Shown: piece after piece, positions 23,480 through 31,003 of the stretch | How positions within the stretch are numbered: the first letter of the stretch is position 1 | How the letters are laid out: each line of letters opens with the position of its first letter | Assembly: GCA_964626355.1 (NCBI GenBank) | Contig: CAZVCF010000002.1 | Location: 7,184-42,611, forward strand | Direction: 5' to 3' | From: an uncultured Gammaproteobacteria bacterium | Lineage (GTDB): Bacteria > Patescibacteriota > Patescibacteriia > UBA2591 > CAZVCF01 | Length of the DNA stretch: 35,428 nucleotides | Position numbers and translations under genes: made by a program | Notes under the pieces: model-generated | Database searches by the model: none | The model's input: the letters and a program-made list of their open reading frames with translations, nothing else | What the model was told of the DNA's origin: nothing

Positions 23480-25093
23480 TTACTTGACGTACATCTTCTG
23501 CAAAAATACCCTTGTCACCGTGATCGCGGTAAACATACTGACGATGACACCGACTCCGAGCGTTAATCCGAAACCGCGCAAAAGACTGCTTCCAAAATAA
23601 TACAAAATCGCGCAGGTAATTAAGGTGGTCACATTACTGTCGCGAATCGCGGACCACGCGCGGTCAAATCCGAACTCAAGCGCCATCACGCGATCGCTTC
23701 CTTTGTTCATTTCTTCCTTCATTCGTTCAAAAATCAACACATTCGCGTCAACTGCCATGCCAAGTGAAATAATAAATCCAGCGATACCGGCAAGCGTCAT
23801 TGTCACACCAACAATTTTGAATAAGGCGATACTTAACACCAAATATATTATCAAACTAATTGACGCGACAATGCCTTTTGTACGATAAAACAAAATCATA
23901 AAAAGTATAATTGCCGCGATGCCAATGATGCCGGCTTTTATACTTTTATCAACCGCTTCTTTTCCCAATTGCGCGCCGATGGTATTCTGGCTGATTAATT
24001 TAATCGGAATCGGCAACGCGCCGGCGCTAAGCCGCTGAGCCAATAATTTCGCCTCTTGCACCGAAAAATCGCCGGTGATGACCGCTCGTCCGGAAGTAAT
24101 CGGTTCCTGCACACGCGGAACGCTAATCGCCGCGGAGTCCAAAAATATCGCTACCGGCTTATTCACATTTCGCGTGGTAATTTCACCGAACAATTTTGAT
24201 CCTTCTTCGTTAAACTCAAGCGAAACTTCCGGCTGTCCGGTACTTGGATTAAACGAAACGCCCGCGATCTTCAAATGCTTCCCGGAAAGTTGTGTATTTT
24301 TCCATGGATTCGCGCTTGCTTCCAATTTTTTTGTTTTGATTAAAACGTGCGACGCATTATATTCCTTTTGGTCTCCTTCTCCACGCTCGTCATTTTTCCT
24401 TACAATATGATAGCCGAACGGCGATTGAATCGGGTCTTTTGACATCTCGCCTTTTTGAAGCCGTATCACTTCATCCTCAAACGGCTGAACCATCATTCCT
24501 TTTCTAAACCATCCAAGTTCTCCGCTTTTCGATCCAGAGCCTGGATCTTCGCTATACTGTTTCGCCGCGACCTCAAAAGTTGTCTTTTTTTGTTCAATCT
24601 CATTGAGAATTCTATAGATACGTGCTTGCGCATTTTTATTATAGTCGTCTATTTCTTTCTGTTGATCCGATGACACCGTTGCTTTCTCGTCTTCTTCCTT
24701 GAATTCCAACACCGGCGTTTCGCCGATCATTTTTTTTGCGTCTTCTATATTTTTAATGCCGGGCAATTCAACGATGATACGCCATTCGTCCGCAGACTTA
24801 TTCGTGCGCACAATCGGCTCCGCAACACCAAAATAATTGATTCGCCGTTCGATTACATCGCGCGTTCCTTCAACCGCCTTTTCTCGTTCCGAAACAGGAA
24901 CATTCGCCGTGTCGGTTTGATAGACTAAATGCGATCCTCCTTGCAGATCGATTCCCAACGACAGATGACGATCGGTAAACCATTTTGCCATCGGCACCCA
25001 TTCAGGAACTTTCGGCAATGTAACAAGCGCCGCGGCTATCGCGACGACAATAATCAGCCAAAATAGATTATCAACCTTGTGTTTATTAAGCAT
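23480..25093 (-). CDS. secD: Protein translocase subunit SecD carrying an inserted parvulin-type PPIase domain
   Basis: 537-aa ORF: ..LGIDLQGGSHLVY.., ..AIFLDSAAISVPRVQEPITSGRAVITGDFSVQEAKLLAQRLSAGALP.., TM core ..LGMAVDANVLIFERMKEE... The insert spans about aa 145-256. Confidence 0.9.
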   Translation of the reverse strand: MLNKHKVDNLFWLIIVVAIAAALVTLPKVPEWVPMAKWFTDRHLSLGIDLQGGSHLVYQTDTANVPVSEREKAVEGTRDVIERRINYFGVAEPIVRTNKSADEWRIIVELPGIKNIEDAKKMIGETPVLEFKEEDEKATVSSDQQKEIDDYNKNAQARIYRILNEIEQKKTTFEVAAKQYSEDPGSGSKSGELGWFRKGMMVQPFEDEVIRLQKGEMSKDPIQSPFGYHIVRKNDERGEGDQKEYNASHVLIKTKKLEASANPWKNTQLSGKHLKIAGVSFNPSTGQPEVSLEFNEEGSKLFGEITTRNVNKPVAIFLDSAAISVPRVQEPITSGRAVITGDFSVQEAKLLAQRLSAGALPIPIKLISQNTIGAQLGKEAVDKSIKAGIIGIAAIILFMILFYRTKGIVASISLIIYLVLSIALFKIVGVTMTLAGIAGFIISLGMAVDANVLIFERMKEEMNKGSDRVMALEFGFDRAWSAIRDSNVTTLITCAILYYFGSSLLRGFGLTLGVGVIVSMFTAITVTRVFLQKMYVK

Positions 25094-25138
25094 AAGGATA
25101 GGAAATTAGCTTTTAGGGGATTAGAGAATTAGGAATAA
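25094..25138 (+). repeat. Family B repeat abutting the secD start codon
   Basis: AAGGATAGGAAATTAGCTTTTAGGGGATTAGAGAATTAGGAATAA. On the gene strand it gives AAGCTAATTTCCTATCC-TT-ATG, the same 17-mer found before the ATP-grasp ATG. Confidence 0.8.
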
Positions 25139-25206
25139 AAATGCGATTTTCATAGTACCAAAAATAAAAATCTCGTCAATCAAAAAATTCATCCTCGCAA
25201 TAGAAA

Positions 25207-25240
25207 ACCCCCGATGATTTTTCAAAAAATCATCGGGGGT
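25207..25240 (-). terminator. Rho-independent terminator after the hydratase/dehydrogenase fusion gene
   Basis: ACCCCCGATGATTTT...AAAATCATCGGGGGT (about 15-bp stem). On the minus strand it is followed by TTTTCTATT. Confidence 0.7.
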
Positions 25241-25252
25241 TATTTTAAAAAT

Positions 25253-27349
25253 TTATTCAATTTCTCCGCCAGAGGAATAAATTTCTTTGAAAATGAATAG
25301 TTTTTGAATCTCATTCGTGCCTTCAAATAACTTATTGATGCGCGCGTCGCGATACAGACGTTCAATCGGATATTCTTCCATATATCCGTATCCGCCAAAT
25401 ACCTGCAATGCCGTATCAATGACTTCAGAACCAAGTTCGGAACACTGCAATTTCACAATAGCCGCTTCAAGCCGCACGTCTTTTCCTTGATCGAATTTCG
25501 CCGCCGCCTGATACACCGCCTGCTCCATCATATAAATCTTCGCGCGCATTTCCGCGAAATAGAATTGAATTGCTTCAAACTCAATAAGCGTCTTATCAAA
25601 TTGTTGCCGTTGGGAAGCGTACGCGTACGCGAGCTCAAACGCCTCTTTTGCCGCGCCAAGACATCCTGCCGCAAGCGATAATCGCCCGCCGTTGAGCGTC
25701 TGCATAAAAATCTTAAATCCTTGTCCGACTCCGCCAAGCAAAGCGTCTGCTGAAACTTCCACATTATCAAATACTAATCCCGCGGTGCGCGACGCTCTAA
25801 TACCCATTTTTTTCTCTATTTTGCCAACGGAAAAACCTTTCGAACCTTTATCAACGATAAATGCCGCGAGACCTTTCTGCCCTAAAAATTTATCTGTTTG
25901 CGCAATTACGACTACAAAGTCAGCGATATCGCCATTCGTGATAAATTGCTTGCGTCCGTTTAGAATCCATTTGTCGTCTTTGAATACCGCGGTTGTCTGA
26001 ACATTCGCCGCGTCTGATCCAGCGCCCGGTTCCGTCAACGCAAACGCGCCAATCATTTTTCCTTCAAGCCCTGCGCGAAGATACTTTTGTTTTTGCGCTT
26101 CGGTGCCGCCGATATAAATCGCGCCGCACGCCAAACCTGTATGCGCGCCAACGAGCGCTGCTGTCGAGCCATGCGCGCGCGACAGTTCTTCCATCACAAT
26201 GCAATATCCTGTTTTTCCAAAATCTGAACCGCCGTATTTTTCTGGAAACGCCGTTCCAAAAAATCCGAGTTCCGCCATTTTCTCAAATAACGCACGCGGA
26301 ATTTGCTCTTCGCTTTCCATTTTTTCAACATTCGGCCGTATTTCATTTTTGACAAAATCACGGGCTGTTTCTTTTAAAAGTTTATATTCTTCCGAAAGAT
26401 CCGATGGAACTATTGCCTGTTGTGGCGCAGATGGAGCCGCAACTGTTTCTTTCTTTTCTTCCGGCAACTGAATTTTCAAAAATTTCGCAAGACCTTTTTT
26501 CGCGCTTTCTTTCATCACTAATTCGGCGAATAATTGCTGTTCAAGAGACAATGCCTCATCGGCAGAAAAGAACAAACCATCAACGACCGCGCGAAGAATT
26601 ACTTGAACTGCATCTGGAGATTTTGAAGCAGATAAAGTCTTAAAATTCGCATCTTCAGAAATCATTTCGATAATTTTCTGCTTATCCGCTTCTGTACGTT
26701 CGGGACGCGCCAGTTGGGACGATAAATCGTCAAATTCTTTATCCCCTTCCATAATTATTTTTGCGATTTCTTTTGTTTTTGCGATTAAATCTTTTTGCGG
26801 AACAACAAAATCAACCAAACGTATCGCGTGCGCATCGCGTGCGGAAATAATATTTCCGGCAACAAGCATATAAACCGCCTTTTTTACATCCGTGACCAAA
26901 CGCGGAAGTCGCTGCGTTCCGCCCATCCCTGGCATAATGCCTAAATTAATTTCCGGCTGACCGAATTGCGCTTGATCGGATGCAACGCGGATACCGCATG
27001 CCATCGCGATTTCGTTGCCGCCGCCAAGGCAATAGCCGTCAATTGCCGCGATAACTGGCTTTGTTAAATCTTCAATTGTATTCGCGACACTGTTCGCTTT
27101 TGCCAATAATTCTTTTGCTTTTTCTACATCATTACTTTGCGCTATCTGCCAAATTTCAGTTACATCTGCGCCTGTTGAAAATAACCCTTTTCCGGTAAGA
27201 ATAACTACTTCAACTGCGTCATTTTTTTCCATTTCCTTAAACGCGGATTGCAATTCCATCATAACTGGCGTTGACAGGTTGTTGCGCGGAGGATTCTGAA
27301 TAACGATAATCCCCATTTGATCGCTTACTTTTGTCTCTATGTATTTCAT
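25253..27349 (-). CDS. Fusion protein: N-terminal enoyl-CoA hydratase (crotonase) plus C-terminal acyl-CoA dehydrogenase
   Basis: 698-aa ORF. Crotonase part ..GKGLFSTGADVTEI.., ..AAIDGYCLGGGNEIAMACGIRVAS..FGQPEINLGIMPGMGGTQRLPRLV. ACAD part ..GAFALTEPGAGSDAANV.., ..FITNGDIADFVVV.., ..QVFGGYGYMEEYPIERLYRDARINKLFEGTNEIQ. SD-like AAGGGAGA before the ATG. Confidence 0.85.
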   Translation of the reverse strand: MKYIETKVSDQMGIIVIQNPPRNNLSTPVMMELQSAFKEMEKNDAVEVVILTGKGLFSTGADVTEIWQIAQSNDVEKAKELLAKANSVANTIEDLTKPVIAAIDGYCLGGGNEIAMACGIRVASDQAQFGQPEINLGIMPGMGGTQRLPRLVTDVKKAVYMLVAGNIISARDAHAIRLVDFVVPQKDLIAKTKEIAKIIMEGDKEFDDLSSQLARPERTEADKQKIIEMISEDANFKTLSASKSPDAVQVILRAVVDGLFFSADEALSLEQQLFAELVMKESAKKGLAKFLKIQLPEEKKETVAAPSAPQQAIVPSDLSEEYKLLKETARDFVKNEIRPNVEKMESEEQIPRALFEKMAELGFFGTAFPEKYGGSDFGKTGYCIVMEELSRAHGSTAALVGAHTGLACGAIYIGGTEAQKQKYLRAGLEGKMIGAFALTEPGAGSDAANVQTTAVFKDDKWILNGRKQFITNGDIADFVVVIAQTDKFLGQKGLAAFIVDKGSKGFSVGKIEKKMGIRASRTAGLVFDNVEVSADALLGGVGQGFKIFMQTLNGGRLSLAAGCLGAAKEAFELAYAYASQRQQFDKTLIEFEAIQFYFAEMRAKIYMMEQAVYQAAAKFDQGKDVRLEAAIVKLQCSELGSEVIDTALQVFGGYGYMEEYPIERLYRDARINKLFEGTNEIQKLFIFKEIYSSGGEIE

Positions 27350-27506
27350 CGTTTTGTCTCCCTTAATACGGCTTTTTTAATAAAAGCGCGTTATTCCTAT
27401 TGTGTAATAAACTATTGTTGTTTTACTCCTTTCAATAGGATAAGTCAATGGCTAAAAATATGTTTCTCTCTACATGGTACGCCAAACGGGTAAATCCTAA
27501 AATATA

Positions 27507-27540
27507 AAAAAGGGAGAAAACATTTCTCCCTTTTGGTTTT
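27507..27540 (-). terminator. Hairpin terminator between the 3-hydroxyacyl-CoA dehydrogenase and fusion genes
   Basis: AAAAAGGGAGAAA-ACA-TTTCTCCCTTTT with T/A runs on both sides. Confidence 0.55.
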
Positions 27541-27586
27541 TTATATATTCATTATTTCTGATTCATAATTATTTATTCATGTCCGA

Positions 27587-28795
27587 TTACCACTCCGCAT
27601 CAAAAATCTTTTTGTTGTTTGTCGCGTATTCTTCAAGAAGTTTTGATGGTTTGAAACGAATGCCGTATTTTTGCTCGTACTGTTTCAATTCAACGAAAAT
27701 CGCCACAAGTCCTTCGCTTTCCGCCCAATGCAACGGTCCGCCTAAAACCATTGGAAACCCGATGCCATATTTGCATCCTGTTTCAATATCCTCTGCTGAA
27801 GCAATCCCTTCTTCAAGGCACAAAAACGCCTCATTCACAAAACCATACAGCATTCGCTTAAAAGCTTCTTGAAGATCGAGAGCAACTCTGTTCTGAAAAT
27901 TCTGACTCACGATCTCCGCACTATCTTCGAATCCTTTTGTTTCGTCGTATACATAAAATCCCGCGCCCGCTTTTTGTCCGTATCGTTTTTTTTCAACGAG
28001 TATTTGCATCAACTGAGCCGGCTTCACGCGTTCGCCGTATCCTTCATATAAAATTTTTGCGACTTCAAGACCAATATCAATCCCTAAATAATCTAAGAGT
28101 ATGAATGGGCCCATCGGCCAACCGAAATGTTGCGCTATAGAATCAATTTCTTTAATCGTTAACGTTGTTTCTGAAAGAAGAAGCGTTGCTTCGTTAAGAT
28201 AGGGTAATAATAATCTGTTTGCCAAAAATCCCGGGCATTCTTTTATCCGTATCGGAATTTTTCCAAGAGAATTTTTCGTGAAATCTTCAAGCGCGTCAAC
28301 TGTTTCAATTGATGTTGTTTTTCCGGAAATAAGTTCGATGAGCGGCATCGTCACCGGCGGATTGAAAAAATGCACGCCGATAATTTTATCTTTTCTTTGT
28401 TCCTGAACCACAGTTGCCATTTCCGTGATCGAAAGTGATGAAGTATTTGTCGCGAAAATAACCGACAGAGGCACGAGTGCATCAAGTTCGGCAAAAACTT
28501 TTTTCTTTATATCCATTCGTTCAAACACTGCTTCAATTATCAAATCAACATCTTTCAGATCGTTATAATCCGCGGTTGTTGCAATAAGCGCTTTTGCCAT
28601 TTCACCTTTATCGGACATTATCTTTCCTCGTTCAACAGCGCTGCCGATTCTTTTAAACATTTTTTCCTGCGCTTTGCTCGCCAATTCGGTGTTCATTTCT
28701 TTAACAACTACCTGTATTCCCTGTTGCGCAATCAGCATCGCGATACCTTGTCCCATCGCTCCGCCGCCGACTACGCCAACTTTATAAATTGCCAT
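27587..28795 (-). CDS. 3-hydroxyacyl-CoA dehydrogenase (long form, extra C-terminal domain)
   Basis: 402-aa ORF: Rossmann motif VGVVGGGAMGQGIAMLIAQQG, ..NTSSLSITEMA.., ..GVHFFNPP.., ..PGFLANRLL... SD AGGAG 8 nt before the ATG. Confidence 0.85.
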   Translation of the reverse strand: MAIYKVGVVGGGAMGQGIAMLIAQQGIQVVVKEMNTELASKAQEKMFKRIGSAVERGKIMSDKGEMAKALIATTADYNDLKDVDLIIEAVFERMDIKKKVFAELDALVPLSVIFATNTSSLSITEMATVVQEQRKDKIIGVHFFNPPVTMPLIELISGKTTSIETVDALEDFTKNSLGKIPIRIKECPGFLANRLLLPYLNEATLLLSETTLTIKEIDSIAQHFGWPMGPFILLDYLGIDIGLEVAKILYEGYGERVKPAQLMQILVEKKRYGQKAGAGFYVYDETKGFEDSAEIVSQNFQNRVALDLQEAFKRMLYGFVNEAFLCLEEGIASAEDIETGCKYGIGFPMVLGGPLHWAESEGLVAIFVELKQYEQKYGIRFKPSKLLEEYATNNKKIFDAEW

Positions 28796-28826
28796 CTTTT
28801 TTCTCCTGTTATTTACTTTACTTTTA

Positions 28827-28858
28827 CGAGATGAAATTATTATGATAATTTCATCTCG
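28827..28858 (-). terminator. AT-rich hairpin just upstream of the dehydrogenase SD (possible relic terminator)
   Basis: CGAGATGAAATTAT-TATG-ATAATTTCATCTCG, a perfect 14-bp stem. Confidence 0.35.
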
Positions 28859-28866
28859 CCTATTTT

Positions 28867-28896
28867 TTACGCTCGCTCAATTATAAGCGCTTCTAC
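28867..28896 (-). pseudogene. Relic 3' end of a second thiolase gene (9 codons plus stop)
   Basis: Minus strand reads GTA GAA GCG CTT ATA ATT GAG CGA GCG TAA = VEALIIERA*. The intact thiolase ends GGALIIERA*. The copies differ mostly at synonymous positions. Confidence 0.45.
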
Positions 28897-28930
28897 CCAG
28901 CTCCAGTTTTTATTCAAAAACTGGGGCTGG
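28897..28930. terminator. Hairpin downstream of the thiolase gene
   Basis: CCAGCTCCAGTTTTT-ATTC-AAAAACTGGGGCTGG (15-bp stem, one mismatch). Confidence 0.35.
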
Positions 28931-28986
28931 ACTTCGCTTTGTTTGTTCACTGTGAACGTATTGCACAATTGGAATCCTATCTTACT

Positions 28987-30264
28987 TTACGCTCTTTCAA
29001 TAATTAACGCTCCACCCTGTCCGCCGCCGACGCACATGGTGATCATCGAATACCGTTTCTGAAACTCTTGCAAAATATGAATTGCTTTAACGGTTAAATA
29101 TGATCCTGTTGCGCCAACGGGATGACCAAGCGCGATCGCGCCGCCCCATACATTCAATTTTTCATCCGGAATACCGAGCGCGCGTTGATCCGCTAACGCC
29201 TGCGCCGCAAACGCTTCGTTTAATTCGAAAAAGTCTATCTCTTCTATTTTTAATCCTGCTTTTTCCAGAGCTTTTGGAACTGCATATATCGGCCCTTCCG
29301 CCATATACGCGGGATCACATGCCGCGTACCCGTACGATACAATATATGCTTCCGGTTTCAAATCAAGAATAAGCGCCGCTTCTTCTGTCATAATCAGCAT
29401 TGCGGAAGCGCCGTCCGATATTGGACATGAATTCGTCGGAGTGATCGTTCCTTTATTCGAAACTTTCTTCTCAACAATTATTTTCCCATTTTCATAGCGA
29501 GATTTTGGATTATGCGCTTGATAAATATCATCATCCATAAAAATCGCCGGCGTAAGTGACGCCATCTGTTTATTTAATCCGGGATTAACGCATTCGTCTT
29601 CAGCAAATATTTTTTCTCCGGAAAGCACTTTTTCTCCGATAACAGTATTATTCTGAATCACGATTGGAATAATCTGCGATTTAAATTTTCCCTCTCTCTT
29701 CGCGCGAAACGCTTTTTGGTGCGACTTCACCGCAAAATCGTCCTGATCTTCTCTGCTGATGCTATATTTCTTAACGACATTTTCGACCGTGCGTCCCATA
29801 ATTTGTCCGAGCAACGGATCGGTCAATCCTTCCCACAAACCATCGGTAAAATAAGAATGTTGCATCTTTAATCCAAATCGCGCACCTTTCACTAAATACG
29901 GAATCTGCGACATATTTTCCGTTCCGCCGACTAAAAATATTTTTCCGTCGCCAGCTTTATATGTTTGGCACGCCGAAGTAATTGCTTCAATTCCGGACGC
30001 GCAATTTCTCTGCACCGTTTTCGCGGGAATATCTTGAGGAACTCCTGCTAAAAGCGCGGATAACCTTGCCACATTCGCCGCGTCAGACGGCTGACACACG
30101 TTTCCAGCAACAACTTCGCTAATCAATTTCGGATCTATTTTCGTTTTTTTAAGCACGTCCTCAAAACATATCGCCAATAATTGCGCCGCTGAAACATCTT
30201 TTAAACTCCCGCCAAAACTCCCAATCGGCGTCCGCACGCCTCCAATAATCACTAATCTATTCAT
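28987..30264 (-). CDS. Acetyl-CoA C-acyltransferase (thiolase)
   Basis: MNRLVIIGGVRTPIGSFGGSL, active-site ..QRNCASGIEAI.., ..NEAFAAQ.., ..GGAIALGHPVGATG.., ..CVGGGQGGALIIERA. The track ORF starts at TTG 30297. ATG 30264 is preceded by AAAGGAA and matches normal thiolase N-termini. Confidence 0.9.
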   Translation of the reverse strand: MNRLVIIGGVRTPIGSFGGSLKDVSAAQLLAICFEDVLKKTKIDPKLISEVVAGNVCQPSDAANVARLSALLAGVPQDIPAKTVQRNCASGIEAITSACQTYKAGDGKIFLVGGTENMSQIPYLVKGARFGLKMQHSYFTDGLWEGLTDPLLGQIMGRTVENVVKKYSISREDQDDFAVKSHQKAFRAKREGKFKSQIIPIVIQNNTVIGEKVLSGEKIFAEDECVNPGLNKQMASLTPAIFMDDDIYQAHNPKSRYENGKIIVEKKVSNKGTITPTNSCPISDGASAMLIMTEEAALILDLKPEAYIVSYGYAACDPAYMAEGPIYAVPKALEKAGLKIEEIDFFELNEAFAAQALADQRALGIPDEKLNVWGGAIALGHPVGATGSYLTVKAIHILQEFQKRYSMITMCVGGGQGGALIIERA

Positions 30265-30357
30265 TGTGTTATTTCCTTTATATTTATTATTTTTCAAGAA
30301 CTACCATTAGGGTACTACTAATTTCTCTAATGTCAATCATCGAAAAAACTCAAAAAA

Positions 30358-30390
30358 CTAAGTGATGGAAGTCGGACTTCCATCACTTAG
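30358..30390. terminator. Bidirectional hairpin terminator between the hicBA remnant and the thiolase operon
   Basis: CTAAGTGATGGAAGTC-G-GACTTCCATCACTTAG flanked by A-run and T-run. Confidence 0.65.
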
Positions 30391-30481
30391 TTTTACTTTC
30401 TTTAATCGCACACTATTCAGTACCGCGCTTACCAACGAGAATGCCATCGTGTTGAAACTACAAAGAACTAATTAGAAATCC

Positions 30482-30708
30482 TATAACCATTTCAAAAATT
30501 CTTCTGGAGTAATTTTGATTTCTCTTATAATTTGACGTAAAAGTCCTCGACCGATATCTTCGTTGGTATGTTTTGGCACAAGAGTAAATCATCCATCTGG
30601 ATGTTTAAAAAATATGTGCGAACCTTTAGTCCGCACTTTGTAAAATCCTATTTGAGTAAGAATGTGAATAATATCATTCGCTTTGAGCGTCGGCAATCGC
30701 AGACTCAT
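30482..30708 (-). pseudogene. hicA: hicA toxin pseudogene (in-frame TGA plus a 1-nt frameshift)
   Basis: From ATG (rc 30706-30708): MSLRLPTLKANDIIHILTQIGFYKVRTKGSHIFFKHPDG-TGA-FTLVPKHTNEDIGRG. The conserved C-terminus TLRQIIREIKITPEEFLKWL* continues only in another frame (shift near 30538-30546). Confidence 0.75.
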
Positions 30709-30710
30709 AG

Positions 30711-30977
30711 TTATACAGTAATTGTTTCGAGACCAATAAAAAGCGGTTCATAGGCAAATTCGCGAATACTCGTGCGATAATGAGTATCGATTTTTGCTAC
30801 TTCCAGACAAAGAGAGATTGCTTCGCGTATTCTTTTACGCAATTCAGTTAATGTTTTTGCCTGTGTATAACAACCCGGCAATATTGGAACCGATGCTATA
30901 AAATAACCATCTTCATCTTGTTCAACAATCACTCTAAATTGTTGTGATCTTTTCGCCATATATTTTAAAAGTACCAT
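30711..30977 (-). CDS. hicB: HicB-family antitoxin (UPF0150/RNase-H-like fold N-domain)
   Basis: ..FRVIVEQDEDGYFIASVPILPGCYTQAKTLTELRKRIREAISLCLE. Alternative ATG at 30959. The stop lies 2 nt before the hicA ATG. Confidence 0.8.
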   Translation of the reverse strand: MVLLKYMAKRSQQFRVIVEQDEDGYFIASVPILPGCYTQAKTLTELRKRIREAISLCLEVAKIDTHYRTSIREFAYEPLFIGLETITV

Positions 30978-31003
30978 TTTTTGTTAAAAAGTCAATGAGA
31001 AGT

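Noticed and set aside
27395-27440. 8-bp inverted repeat TCCTATTG...CAATAGGA upstream of the hydratase/dehydrogenase fusion gene as a regulator operator.
   Set aside because: The arms are only 8 bp, separated by 30 nt, in A/T-rich sequence. That is well within chance, and no regulator gene is adjacent.
30589-30591. In-frame TGA in hicA as evidence for UGA recoding (genetic code 25/4 or selenocysteine).
   Set aside because: All other genes translate full-length under the standard code, and several end at TGA (GT2 18618, sugar transferase 32644, RelE partner 4614). The same gene also carries a frameshift, so a pseudogene is the simpler reading.
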